From Eledone cirrhosa (lineage: Eukaryota), in NCBI GenBank assembly GCA_964016885.1, contig OZ024750.1, forward strand, positions 53,692,001 to 53,756,000: a stretch of 64,000 nucleotides of DNA. Reading direction: 5' to 3'. Below are positions 27,651 to 41,700 of this stretch, piece after piece (the first letter of the stretch is position 1; each line of letters begins with the position of its first letter). The translations under genes and the position numbers were made by a program. Under the pieces are notes generated by a model, which worked only from the letters and a program-made list of their open reading frames with translations, was not told where the DNA came from and did no database searches.

Positions 27651-27886
27651 CAACCCATGCAAGAATGGAAAAGCAGACATAAAATGATATACACGCACTC
27701 ATGCATACATACTTTCATACACACACATACACAGTTACATACACACATCTGACATTGTTGTTGACCCCCTCCTAATTACATTAAAAACTGAAACAATTTA
27801 AGCTGGGATCTAACAGCACCATATTCTCTTTCTTGCTCACCTAATCTCCATTGTTACTTTCTCACACCCAACCTTTTCATCCTATC

Positions 27887-27888
<2 letters not shown>

Positions 27889-27930
<42 letters not shown>

Positions 27931-28185
27931 ACATACTTACATATACACACACAGAGACACATGCACACACACATACTTACACACACACACATACATACAC
28001 AGACACATGCACACACACACACTTACATACACACACAGACATGCACACACACACACATACTTACATACACACATACTTTCATACACACACACAGAGACAC
28101 ATGCACACATACTTACATACACACATACACACACACAAACACATACACACATACACACACATACATACACACATACACACATACA
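27889..28185. repeat. (CA)n-derived compound microsatellite
   Basis: Direct reading. Confidence 0.9.
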
Positions 28186-28521
28186 GAAACCATTTGAAAG
28201 ACATTCTTCTAGCTGAATGAGTTAATGGTTCTTAAGATTCACATTTTAATTATTGTTGTTATGATAATTATTATTGTTATTATTGCTGTTGATGTTGTTC
28301 TTATTTTGAGGCTTATTTCCCCATCACAAAGTAGTTATACCTGACCATCTTCATTTTTTTCTCTTCTTTTCATCACAATCTCATCATCATCATCACTAAC
28401 ATGTTTTTCTTTAATTCTTTACATCCTGTAATGATGTAGCAGGAAATATCTGAAAAGAGATTTAACTGAAATGTAGTATCTTTACTAGTAGACTGGTTAT
28501 TATAAAAATGTGCTGAAGTTT

Positions 28522-29117
28522 AGAGTTAAAGACTCTAATAGTTATTATGGTGCAGTGGTAGTGCTGTGTAGTAGGAATGTCTTGTTCCATGTGCTGAGAG
28601 TTAAAGACTCTAATAGTTATTATGGTGCAGTGGTAGTGCTGTGTAGTAGGAATGTCTTGTTCCATGTGCTGAGAGTTAAAGACTCTAATAGTTATTATGG
28701 TGCAGTGGTAGTGCTGTGTAGTAGCAATGTCTTGTTCCATGTAATGAGAGTTAAAGACTCTAATAGTTATTATGGTGCAGTGGTAGTGCTGTGTAGTAGG
28801 AATGTCTTGTTCCATGTAATGAGAGTTAAAGACTCTAATAGTTATTATGGTGCAGTGGTAGTGCTGTGTAGTAGCAATGTCTTGTTCCATGTAATGAGAG
28901 TTAAAGACTCTAATAGTTATTATGGTGCAGTGGTAGTGCTGTGTAGTAGCAATGTCTCGTTCCATGTAATGAGAGTTAAAGACTAATAGTTATTATGGTG
29001 CAGTGGTAGTGCTGTGTAGTAGCAATGTCTCGTTCCATGTAATGAGAGTTAAAGACTAATAGTTATTATGGTGCAGTGGTAGTGCTGTGTAGTAGCAATG
29101 TCTCGTTCCATGTGCTG
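28522..29117. repeat. 75-bp minisatellite, ~8 copies
   Basis: 25-codon period in the ORF track (RVKDSNSYYGAVVVLCSRNVLFHVL); the last units lack 2 bp. Confidence 0.93.
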
Positions 29118-29224
29118 AATGATGTTAAGAAGTTCAAGATTGTTAAAACAGATTTAATAGTTTTAGTATTCCTTCTCCTCCAGGATTCCAAGTTTTATTC
29201 TTACAGCACCAAATCTATCTATCT

Positions 29225-29525
29225 ATATCTACCCACTCTCATATATAGATATACCCACTCTCATATATATATATATATATACCCACACTCATATATATAT
29301 ATACCCACTCTCATATATATATATATACCCGCTCTCATATATATATACCCACTCTCAGATATATATACCCACTCTCATATATATATATATACCCACTCTT
29401 ATATATATATACCCACTCTCATATATATATACCCACTCTCATATATATATACCCACTCATATATATATATACCCACTCTCATATATATATACCCACTCAT
29501 ATATATATATATACCCATTCTCATA
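29225..29525. repeat. (AT)n-acccactctc minisatellite
   Basis: About 13 units of variable length. Confidence 0.9.
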
Positions 29526-30950
29526 TATTCCTTCATTTTTATTCCGTGTCAACAGGATTACCTTCCCTCTGTAACAAGTAAAACTAATGTTACTTCACTA
29601 GAAGTATTTATGTAAATATATAAACCAAGAAATTTAGAATATTTTGACCGGTTGAGTCGTCCACTTCAGCTTATTAATGACACAGAAATTAGCTGTGTAT
29701 TATTAATGAGCACACACTTGGTGAAAACATCTTGTAGTTAAGAAGAAAAATGAAATACAACACTTTCGTGACCATATTTCTCATGAAACACTTTACTTTA
29801 ATTAATTGACGAAGAATTTTGTAGGATTTTTTGAAATTATTAATTATTTCATTACCCATGTAGTAATTTAACATGATTCTGATGTAAAATTATGATGGAA
29901 GATTTCAATTTAAATAGGAACCTTTTAAAATAAGTGATTTTATTTCATAGAACCAGAACCTGTTTCGGCAGAGTTGGTATCTAAAGGTTTAAAAGACATA
30001 AAAGTGCCAGTACCATTAGCTTAGTCTTTGAGTACCAGTAGTGTTAGTTCAGTCTTTGAGTAATAATATCGTTTTTAGTATTTTACTGCCCCAGACAAGG
30101 ATTACTCACGAATTTTGGCATTAAAAAAAAGAAAGATTTTAAAGTAAAACTTATTTTGATGAAATTTTTCTTTATTCAGCTGGTCTGGAGCTGTCTAAAC
30201 TGTTACATCTGTGGCATACAACAGCTGGTCTGGAGCTGTCTAAACTGTTACATCTGTGGCATACAACAGCTCGAGGTTAGAAAATAAACCATTAAATATT
30301 GGGCACTCAAGCAGTTAAAGAGCAAGATTATGATGGATAGGAACTTATAACACCATAGTAGTTTCTACTACTATGTATATTTTATTATCTACCAATTTAC
30401 CCACTAAAGGCATGTGGACACATCATAGGTTTGATTTCTGGACCAGGTGGAATATTGTGTTCTTGAGCAAGACTTTCCATTTCATGTTGCTCCAGTTGAC
30501 TTAGCTGAAAAGAAAGTGTGTACCAGCATCACCTAGGTGTTAACCCCTGCAATGGACTGGCATTTGATCCTGGAAGAGGTCTTTTCATGATAAAACTGGA
30601 GCCTCCTACCATTAAAACACCCTAGAAACCTCATATGAAATACAACCTCCATAGGTGGGAGCTGTAACATCTACAAAATGACTATCATCACAATAGTATG
30701 TCACACATGTATACAGACACTGTTCTATCTATTTAGAATATTAGACCTATAAGTCTCTATTTAGTATACTATGCTATACTATCTGTTAAGGACAGTACAT
30801 TATAGAACACTACACTATATTATAGTAGTACTTACTTAGAATACTAGCTAGTTTCTTTCCTTTTTTTATTTTCTACTAGCCAAATTGAGGAATTACTCAT
30901 GAAACCAACAGAAATATTATATATATATATTTACCATATATATATATTTA

Positions 30951-31000
<50 letters not shown>

Positions 31001-31152
31001 TTTTACCATATATATACATATATATATATTCCGTGTCTATAAAAGTGTATCATAGAAAAAGCTCAATTGTTTGTTTTTTTTTTATATTTGGCATGACACA
31101 TTTTCCCCAATATATACTATGTTTTCAAACTTGGTCATTATTCATTAAATAG

Positions 31153-31203
31153 GATGCCCAAATTCAAAACCAGGACCATGCCTACTTCTGCAAAACCAAC
31201 AAG
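31153..31203 (+). CDS. Candidate 51-nt frame-preserving cassette exon of Trio
   Basis: taaatag|G...AAG|GTATGA. Phase 2-2, 17 codons with no stop (RMPKFKTRTMPTSAKPT), in non-repetitive sequence. Predicted only. Confidence 0.35.
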
Positions 31204-31783
31204 GTATGAAAATAAAATTTATCATCATATCATATATTTTTTAAAAAAAAGTACTAAAAGAAAAATAACAGGATATGATTAGTTTTTAGCTTTTTTTTTC
31301 CTCCAAGAGTGGTTTAAAGATCCTCAGTATTCTCGATTTCTCAAAACCCGAAACCAAAAACTACATGCCAAGGATCTCAATGCTTGCACCACTCACTCCG
31401 CACAGTCTTCTGCAGAAAAGTGCACTTAGCATTTCTATTTTTTTTTCTTAACTCATTCTTAACCTTAATGGCAAAAAGGGGAATGTCTTCTTTTTTTAAC
31501 ACAATATTCCAAGTTAGTCATTGCATGGCACCTCTATATATTTGCAGTTCCACCAAAATGGAAATACTATTACCACTACAACTAATAATAATATTCTAAC
31601 CTTAAACTGCTTGCTTTCTATCTTTCTAAGTATTATTTTAAGTAACTTCTTTCTTTCTTTATTTATCTTATTTGAAACCAAACAGCGAAACTTTAAATGA
31701 ATTTCTGTTCAGTGTTTTTGCATGTTGACAGTCAGATAGAGCTTTATTTCTTGTTTTGTTTTACCTAAATAATAATAATAATA

Positions 31784-32345
31784 AGGAAGTAGACAAACAA
31801 AACACACAAAACTGGCTCCGGCGTACTGGACTAAAAGCTAAGACGGAAGGATTTTTAATTGCAGTGCAGGACTAGAGTCTACTCACCAGAAACTACCAGA
31901 AGTCCATAATGAAACAAAGCACAAGTAATTGTAGAATATGTGGAGATAGAGAAGAAACAATCAACCACATAGTCTCTGAATGCCCAGTTCTAGCCAAAAA
32001 AGAATATATCCACAGGCCTGATAGAGTCGGGACCTTCATACACTGGAAATTATGCCAGCATTATGAAATACCAACAGAAAAAAGATGGTACAAATGCACA
32101 CCAGAAAAAGTGTCAGAATGACAAAGCAACCATTCTCTGGGATATGCCAATATATACAGACAGAGATCAAAGCCAACTGACCAGATCTTATAGTCAAAGA
32201 CTACAAAGAAAAAAAAATACCTTCTAATAGATGTATCTATCTCCACAGATGACAATATATCTTCCAAGGAAATAGAGAAACTCTCCAAATATAAAGATCT
32301 AGAGATAGAAATAACTCGAATGTGGAAAATGAAAACAGAAACAAT
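31784..32345 (+). mobile_element. R4/Dong-clade non-LTR retrotransposon 3' fragment (CCHC plus restriction-like endonuclease), decayed
   Basis: WLRRTGLKAKTEGFLIAVQD*SLLTRNY..CRICGDREETINHIVSEC..ILWDMPI..PDLIVKD..IDVSI..KLSKYKDLEIEITRMW, preceded by (TAA)n. Confidence 0.85.
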
Positions 32346-32965
32346 CAGTGTGATCTGTGGAGAGAGAAGAAACTGTGGCTCACATCTTTTCCGTGTGCAA
32401 ACACCTAGCTCAGACTTATTATAAAGGATGGAGGCATGACATCATAGGAAAAGTGATTCACTGGCATTTATGCAAACTGAATAATTTACCTCATTCTGAG
32501 ATGTGGTATGAGCATATGCGAGAGTCGATGTTAGGAAATGACCGGTGAAGGTGCTATGGGATTTCAGGATACATACAGATAAAGAATTAGAACACAACAG
32601 GCCTGATCTGGTGGTTTTTGACAAGAATAAAAGATCTTGCCTTATTATAGATGTAGCTTACCCCTTTGACACAAGAAATGGAGGAGAAAATTTAATGGTG
32701 CTGAAATTTAAAGTGGGAACTGAAAAAGATTTTGAAATGTCATGAGATCAAGGGCCCAATTGTCATAGGATCACTGGGTACTATCTCAAAGAGCTTCCAA
32801 GGCTGGTTAAAGAGCATTAGCCCAGCCCCTTTTTTGGAATACTCCTGAAGCATGCCTAATGGAAACAGCAAGGACCCTCCAATATGTCCTGAATATCTGA
32901 GGCTGCACGTAACGATTTGATGTTCAGGGCAAATTAAGCAGTTAAATAACAATGACCGAGATATC
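32346..32965 (+). mobile_element. Second, divergent R4/Dong-clade 3' fragment
   Basis: VICGE.EETVAHIFSVCKHLAQTYYKGWRHDIIGKVIHWHLC..VLWDFRIHTDKELEHNRPDLVVFDK..IIDVAYPFD. (TAA)n follows after an inserted SINE. Confidence 0.82.
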
Positions 32966-32970
32966 AAAAT

Positions 32971-33160
32971 AATTATTTCTACTTTGGCACAAGGCCAACA
33001 ATTATTCCAGTGTATTACTGGTACTTTATTTTATCGACCTCATAAGGATGAAAGGCAAAGTTAACCTCGGCGGGATTTGAACTCAGACCATAAAGAACCG
33101 TAACTCTATGCTGCAAAGCATGGCGTCCGATCCTCTACCGATACTGCCAATCCACCGCCC
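32971..33160 (-). mobile_element. Young SINE copy in the Dong 3' tail
   Basis: Reverse complement of the 5037 SINE. Confidence 0.88.
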
Positions 33161-34085
33161 TTATCAACCAACCAATAATAATAATAATAATAACAACAAC
33201 AACAATAGAACACAGTAACAAATGTCAAGAAGAACAAGTTCCGCAATAATGGTGGACTTTACTTTTAAGGTAATTCTAGGGAGAAGCCCTCTACAAAACC
33301 CTGTTGTCACCACACAGTCATTAAAAGTGCTCACTTGGTTTCTTTCCTCCTGCTTAGAAAAGCATTCAGTCTGGTCAGACTCGCCCATCTTTCCTAAAAC
33401 ACACTAAAAGGCAACACCTCCTTCTCTACACTTACCTTCCTCTTTAAATGGAACTTGAAGAAGTGGATTAAGGCTTGGCTAGAGTGGTAAATTCCTGTCC
33501 TTAAACATTTTAGATAAGTCCATCATACAACTTTCTTCACCATAGCTAACAGCAGTAAAAGGTGGCAGTACAATCATCACTCTAGCTGATAGTCAAATCT
33601 GTCCTACGCATGATAGTAGTTGTTCAACACAACCCACAACTCTGCAGTGTACGGGCACCGGGTGATAACATACAGGAGGGTTTCATCACTCTACATGTAT
33701 CTTCTATATTATAATTTTATTGTTAGAATTTATTAACACACATATATATGTATCATAATCATCAACATTGGCCCATAACTCCTGATGAATTTGTAGAGGC
33801 ACCATCATGCCTTGGGCACTGAGACATTTAAACCTGATAGAGTCCATCCATCACCAGATCTGAACACAACCACTTTATTTCAAGGAAAAGTGTGTATATA
33901 AGGAAGAAAGAAACCCACTACTGAACTGCTACTTACTCTATTAATCTTGAATAGATAAAAAGCAATGTTGACCTTGGTGTGATTTGAACTCAGAGGGCAG
34001 AAATGAATACCACAAAGCATGCTATTCAATCTTCTAATGGTTCTGCCAATTTGCCACATTCTATATAAATATATATATATATGAG

Positions 34086-34122
<37 letters not shown>

Positions 34123-34159
34123 ATGGAAAAAGAAGTCTGTCACAAGTCTAGAGCCTTAG

Positions 34160-34330
34160 CAAGCCCAGAGCCCCATCACGCCCAGAGCCACATCATACCC
34201 AGAGCCACATCATACCCAGAGCCTCACCAAACCCAGAGCCTCATCATGCCCAGGGCCTCTCCAAGCCCAGAGCCTCATCATGCCCAGGGCCTCTCCAAGC
34301 CCAGAGCCTCATCATGCTCAGGGCATCACC
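34160..34330. repeat. Degenerate ~17-bp tandem repeat (cccagagcc-catcat)
   Basis: Direct reading. Confidence 0.75.
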
Positions 34331-37224
34331 AAGCCAGTGGTTATCCTAGTTTCTTTAGTGATTGAGGGTAGAAGACTCACCCGTTGTTGGGCTGCCAGTC
34401 AATTGCGAAGTTATCCTTCCCAACTTCTGCTGCTGCTATCTGTCTGTCGTAGATTTAGAATGGTTTCCAGTTGTTTTATGTTGTTCTTTGAAAGCTTGTT
34501 AAATCTGACTCAATTGTTTTTCTTTCATTTCTGCCTGTTCTTTGTTATTGTTATTATTGTTGTTTGTTATTATTATCAACATTCATTTGCTGCTTCCTTA
34601 TTATTGTTGTCATATATATTTTTATTACTTTTACATTATTATTATTATTATTATTTTATTACATTTATCATTTCAGTTTTATTTGTGAAATATGATTAGC
34701 CTCCACTCGCACTTCACCATCCCACCCCCACATCACCACACCACCCTACTAAATTAAACCTTTAAACCCTGACACATACACCTCCAACCTGACACCTCAT
34801 ACAGTGGAACAAATACTGAGGTATACAACTTTTAGCAGATGTATCACCACTTTTCCAGTAACAGGAGGCGGGATTTAAACTCGGAATGAAGAGGACTCTG
34901 TTAGCATGTAATGGATGAGATTGTCTCTCTAGTGTTGGTGTCACAATGGAGCACACACAGTAAAACTGAGACAGTATACGGTAGGGAGGACTTGTTGAGG
35001 ACTTGACAACAACTCTAGTGCCATAAAAAAATGTGCCCAATACACTCTGTAAAGTGGTTAGTGTCCAAACAGAGACAGTATAGAGAGGATTAACTATATC
35101 ATCAGTTGCAATTTCCAATCTCCATAAATATTTTAAATACATTTTCATTTATTATATATGTGTTAATTGTTATGGGTGTTGTATTGCTGACAGTTCGAGA
35201 GGATTCTTCTATGTGTCAAGGGTACCACAACCTCTCTAGTGTTGGTGTCAGAATAAAACATACCCAGTACACCTTGTAAAAGGGCTGGTGGTAACCATAG
35301 AACGTTTGCCAAGCATTAGGATTTAAACCCAGAGCATAGAGAGCCAGAAGAAATATCTCACCTTTCATTACAGCCATGTTAGAATCATGTTAACCCTTTT
35401 ATTACCTTATTTCACTGCCAGTGATTTTCAAATAATTTTGAAAAAATCAAGGATTTGGAGGGATTCCATTAAATAACTTTCTCATTATTAAACTATTTGT
35501 AAAATGAGAAACTTTCTTACATAAAATTATGATGGGAGGTTTTTAGATAGAAAAAATGAAGAAATCAATCAACAAGATCGCTTACGGAGAAGGGTGGAGC
35601 TTGTCAAATCACACCAAGGAAACAATGTTTCCATTGGTCTTTTCATTGCTGATACTGGTCTCAACTCCTAGCAGAAATAAAGTGTCTTGCTCAAGGACAT
35701 AAAGCATTGCCTGGTTTGGAAATCAAATTCACAACTTCATGATTGTGAATCCAATTTTCTAACCATTATGCCATACGCCTAGATAAATATAAAGAAAGTT
35801 TTATATAGTAGAACAAGGGGCACTGGCGGGTTTATTTAATAATTATATTTTAAGGTGTTAGGAAACATCTTTTAAAACACACCATCACTATCACCACCAC
35901 TGGATGCTTTGTGCACAAATACTTTATAAAAGACAATAATGAAATTATCAGTTGTAGAAAGCATGTTAAATATGGAACGTATGAGCAAGATGAGGTTTCT
36001 CTGAGATGTTAAGCTTTAAACAATGACAATATATCCAACTCATCATTGGAAGACGGATGTAAAAGAATGATGATACATGCTTCATATATTTATTTTTTCT
36101 GTTTGGCCTCCATAAATCACCATGGTAACAGGTAGGATACATAAATATTTAAGTTATAGAGAGGAAGGAAAACTGAAAACATTTCTAGAAATCTATATTG
36201 TTGTTTTGTTAAAGAAGCAATGAAGACTTTAGGAAATTTAATACTTCTCAGGGGACTTTGGTAAATTCTAAAGTAGATTTCAGCAATTAGAAAGGAATAA
36301 ACTTTAGATTCCATCTGGAATTTGGATAATTCTTTCACAGAATATGTAACTACTGGGTTATATATAATGTATCTCTTGTTTTTATTTATTTTATTTTTAT
36401 TTTTTGTGGGTGGTGGTGGGGTTACTGTTATAAAGGAAATTGTTATATTTAATAGTTTAAAGAATATTGAAATTATGTCCTCTTCATTCCATAAACTGTT
36501 GAAGAGTGGTACTCTGGAGATATTGGCTTTCTCATTGCCATATTTGAAATATGTTCCTCTGTTTTCAAAGCAATGACCTCTTTGACGATACAGAAACAGT
36601 TTAAGATAATAAAGTATTTGCTTAATAGTTTAGCTACAGCAGAGTTAGGTAGATTGCTTCTAACACTTGAGCATATATTCCATGTATATGTGGGCCTGTG
36701 TATGTATGTATCTGTATATGTGTGCCTGTGTATGTATGTGTCTGTATATATGTGTATGTATATGTGTGCCTTTGTATGTGTGTGTGTTCAACCTCCATCA
36801 GTTTGGACAACAATGATATGCAAGTGGATCACACAGACACATGTATCATTCTTTTAATAACTTTGAAAGGAGATTCAACATGACATGCTGTGTGACACAT
36901 CTGCTCCTTTGAATGTCAGGTACAACTCATCTTGTTCTACCTGAATTGACTGGAGTAACATAAAATAAAATGCTTAATCAAGGACTTATTGTGCCACCTA
37001 GAATTGAACTCAACACCTTACAATTTTGAGCTGAAAACTCCAACTACTGAGCCATGCACCTTTTCAGGGAAGTACGTAAATGTTTGCTTGTCTATGTACC
37101 TAGTGTGTATATTTATATACACATATATGCAGTCTCGGTTACTTCTGTACTGTATATATACATATATATCGTATTACATACATAATATATTTTTTTAATT
37201 CAGTTAATTTTAAATATCATAAAA

Positions 37225-37455
37225 GTACCCAGTCCCCACTGTAAAGTGGTCATGTAGGAGACACGGTAAAAAGGCTGCCAGTCCACACTGTAAATGTGGT
37301 TGGTGTTAGAAAGGGCATCCAACCGTAGAAAACCTGCCAGAAACAGTTCTGTACAAGCGAAAAGCAGTCACCTGATCAATTTTGCCTCAAGTGGGACAAA
37401 CACGTTCAACCCATGCTTGCGTGGAAGATAGACATTAAATGATGATGATGATGAT
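37225..37455 (+). mobile_element. RTE 3'-UTR-only fragment with (GAT)n tail
   Basis: cacactgtaaatgtggttggtgttagaaagggcatcc...aacccatgcttgcgtggaaga...gatgatgat resembles the 3' UTR at 59430-59598. Confidence 0.7.
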
Positions 37456-38537
37456 ATATCAGACATACTGATAACAATATAAAATAAAACAAGTGAAATC
37501 TGTTTTTAGTGCAAACCTTCCCTCTTTATTGACATTGAAGAATGGACACATTTCACAGCTGGTCCAAGGAGAATTGAAAAACAAGATGGAAATTATATAG
37601 AAAAGAACATTTCTGAAGCGGGCAAATATTCTGTTCATCATTTAACGTCCATTTACTCTGCTGGAAAGGGTTGGATGGGTCATAACAAACCAAGTCAGTA
37701 CTTAATTGGAACTACTAACTGCTCAGATGTGCTAGGAGCCCACATCCTGATAACATACATCTTTTCACTCTCCAGAGTGTACTAGGTACATCATTGTACC
37801 AACACTAGGGAGGTTGTCATATCTATGATGGGACTGAAGATCATTTGTTTGGTTGAAATATAAGAACTAATTGAATGGAATAATTATCCATCCACAACAT
37901 GACCATTCCAACATCTTCCAGACATGTTTTGTATCCCGGTCTACATTGTCTGTATGGAGCCATAATTCCTGGTAGTTGTAGAGGTGCCATAGTGACATAC
38001 AGCTTATCTTGAGTATTTTTGACAAGCAGAACTGATCCTCTCTCCACGACTCAACAGAGCTGATTTCAGAGGAGAGACTGATAGAGAGACAGTTATAGAG
38101 TTATTCCAATACTGTAATGCTACCTTTTTTTAACTTTGAAAGGATGGAAGGCAATTTTGATGGGGGTGCGAGAGCCAGAATACTACAAGACGGTCAGATG
38201 TTTTAACAACTCTGCTAATTTGGTCGACATTATTGTCTGGTTGTTTTTGAATTGGTAGGGTATAATATGAGTAAAGTTTGGTTGTTAATTCTAGCAGGTC
38301 AAATGCTTACAAGTCTCTTTTCTTTGATTGAATCTATGTCTAGAGAGATGGCAGTAGGGGGAGTGCCACCTCCCCCTACTCAGCCTTCAATGAGAGAGGG
38401 GAAAATCAACAGTATTGTTTTGGTTAGGGTTATCAACTTAATTGATAAACCATCTTTCTCAACAACACCATCAATGTCTGTTTTAGCCATTGTTCATTGT
38501 TCAACCCTACACCAGTTCATCTCTACAGCAATGTGTG

Positions 38538-38574
<37 letters not shown>

Positions 38575-38769
38575 ATATGTATATATATATATGTATATGT
38601 GTGTATGAATTTATTATAGCACCACTCATTCACTGAAGTATATATGTGTATACATGTGTATTTGTGTGGGCGTGTTTACTATAACACCACTCACTGTTAT
38701 TACACCAGGTCATCCTTATACCAGCTTATATCTGTGTGTTTATTACAGTACCTTACCATCACAGAAAGA

Positions 38770-41700
38770 GGTCTGTCTGTGTTCAGGTGTGTCTGTCTGT
38801 GTGTTCAGGTGTGTCTGTCTGTGTTCAGGTGTGTCTGTCTGTTTGTTCAGGTGTGTCTGTCTGTTTGTTCAGGTGTATCTGTCTGTGTTCAGTTCTATCT
38901 GTCTGTGTGTTCAGTTCTATCTGTCTGTGTGTTCAGGTGTGTCTGTCTGTGTTCAGGTGTGTCTGTCTGTGTTCAGTTCTATCTGTCTGTGTGTTCAGTT
39001 CTATCTGTCTGTGTGTTCAGGTGTGTCTGTCTGTGTGTTCAAGTGTGTATGTCTGTGTTCAGTTCTGTCTGTCTGTGTGTTCAGGTGTGTCTGTCTGTCT
39101 GTTCAGGTGTGTCTGTCTGTGTTCAGGTGTGTCTGTCTGTGTTCAGGTGTGTCTGTCTGTTTGTTCAGGTCTGTCTGTCTGTGTTCAGGTGTGTCTGTCT
39201 GTCTGTTCAGGTGTGTCTGTCTGTCTGTCTGTGTGTTCAGGTGTGTCTGTCTGTGTTCAGGTGTGTCTGTCTGTTCAGGTCTGTCTGTCTGTGTTCAGAT
39301 GTGTCTGTCTGTGTGTTCAGGTGTGTCTGTCTGTGTTCAGGTGTGTCTGTCTGTTCAGGTCTGTCTGTCTGTGTTCAGGTGTGTCTGTCTGTCTGTTCAG
39401 GTGTGTCTGTCTGTGTTCAGGTGTGTCTGTCTGTGTTCAAGTGTGTCTGTCTGTGTGTTCAAGTGTGTCTGTCTGTGTTCAGGTGTGTCTGTCTGTGTGT
39501 TCAGGTGTGTCTGTCTGTCTGTTCAGGTGTGTCTGTCTGTCTGTGTTCCTGTCTGTCTGTGTTCAGGTGTGTCTGTCTGTGTTCAAGTGTGTCTGTCTGT
39601 GTTCAGGTGTGTCTGTCTGTGTGTTCAGGTGTGTCTGTCTGTGTTCAGGTCTGTCTGTCTGGCTGTGTTCAGGTGTGTCTGTCTGTCTGTGTTCAGGTGT
39701 GTCTGTCTGTGTTCAAGTGTGTCTGTCTGTGTTCAGGTGTGTCTGTCTGTGTTCAGGTGTGTATGTCTGTGTTCAGGTGTGTCTGTCTGTCTTCAGGTGT
39801 GTCTGTCTGTGTTCAGTTCTGTCTGTCTGTGTGTTAAGGTGTGTCTGTCTGTGTTGAGGTGTGTCTGTCTGTGTTCAAGTGTGTCTGTCTGTGTGTTCAG
39901 GTGTGTCTGTCTGTGTTCAGGTGTGTCTGTCTGTGTGTTCAGGTGTGTCTGTCTGTGTTCAGGTGTGTCTGCCTGTGTGTTCAGGTGTGTCTGTCTGTGT
40001 TCAAGTGTGTCTGTCTGTGTCTGTCTGTGTGTTCAGGTGTGTCTGTCTGTGTTCAGGTCTGTCTGTCTGTGTGTTCAGGTGTGTCTGTCTGTGTGTTCAG
40101 GTGTGTCTGTCTGTGTTCAGGTGTGTCTGTCTGTGTGTTCAGGTGTGTCTGTGTGTGTTCAGGTCTGTCTGTCTGTGTTCAGGTGTGTCTGTCTGTGTGT
40201 TCAGGTGTGTCTGTGTGTGTTCAGGTGTGTCTGTCTGTGTTCAGGTGTGTATGTCTGTGTTCAGGTGTGTCTGTCTGTCTTCAGGTGTGTCTGTCTGTCT
40301 TCAGGTGTGTCTGTCTGTGTTCAGGTGTGTCTGTCTGTGTTCAGGTGTGTCTGTCTGTGTTCAGGTGTGTCTGTCTGTGTTCAGATGTGTCTATCTGTGT
40401 TCAGGTGTGTCTGTCTGTGTTCAGGTGTGTCTGTCTGTGTTCAGGTGTGTCTGTCTGTGTTCAGGTGTGTCTGTCTGTGTTCAGGTGTGTCTGTCTGTGT
40501 TCAGGTGTGTCTGTCTGTGTTCAGGTGTGTCTGTCTGTGTTCAGGTGTGTCTGTCTGTGTTCAGGTGTGTCTGTCAGTGTTCAGGTGTGTCTGTCAGTGT
40601 TCAAGTGTGTCTGTCTGTGTTCAGGTGTGTCTGTCAGTGTTCAAGTGTGTCTGTCTGTGTGTTCAAGTGTGTCTGTCTGTGTGTTCAAGTGTGTCTGTCT
40701 GTGTGTTCAAGTGTGTCTGTCTGTGTGTTCAGGTGTGTCTGTCTGTGTTCAGGTGTGTCTGTCTGTGTTCAGGTGTGTCTGTCTGTGTTCAGGTGTGTCT
40801 GTCTGTGTTCAGGTGTGTCTGTCTGTGTTCAGGTGTGTCTGTCTGTGTTCAGGTGTGTCTGTCTGTGTTCAGGTGTGTCTGTCAGTGTTCAGGTGTGTCT
40901 GTCAGTGTTCAAGTGTGTCTGTCTGTGTTCAGGTGTGTCTGTCAGTGTTCAAGTGTGTCTGTCTGTGTGTTCAAGTGTGTCTGTCTGTGTGTTCAAGTGT
41001 GTCTGTCTGTGTGTTCAGGTGTGTCTGTCTGTGTTCAGGTGTGTCTGTCTGTGTTCAGGTGTGTCTGTCTGTGTTCAGGTGTGTCTGTCAGTGTTCAGGT
41101 GTGTCTGTCTGTGTTCAGGTGTGTCTGTCTGTGTTCAGGTGTGTCTGTCTGTGTTCAGGTGTGTCTGTCAGTGTTCAGGTGTGTCTGTCAGTGTTCAAGT
41201 GTGTCTGTCTGTGTTCAGGTGTGTCTGTCAGTGTTCAAGTGTGTCTGTCTGTGTGTTCAAGTGTGTCTGTCTGTGTGTTCAAGTGTGTCTGTCTGTGTGT
41301 TCAAGTGTGTCTGTCTGTGTGTTCAGGTGTGTCTGTCTGTGTTCAGGTGTGTCTGTCTGTGTTCAGGTGTGTCTGTCTGTGTTCAGGTGTGTCTGTCTGT
41401 GTTCAGGTGTGTCTGTCTGTGTTCAGGTGTGTCTGTCTGTGTTCAGGTGTGTCTGTCTGTGTTCAGGTGTGTCTGTCTGTGTTCAGGTGTGTCTGTCTGT
41501 GTTCAGGTGTGTCTGTCAGTGTTCAGGTGTGTCTGTCAGTGTTCAAGTGTGTCTGTCTGTGTTCAGGTGTGTCTGTCAGTGTTCAAGTGTGTCTGTCTGT
41601 GTGTTCAAGTGTGTCTGTCTGTGTGTTCAAGTGTGTCTGTCTGTGTGTTCAAGTGTGTCTGTCTGTGTGTTCAGGTGTGTCTGTCTGTGTTCAGGTGTGT

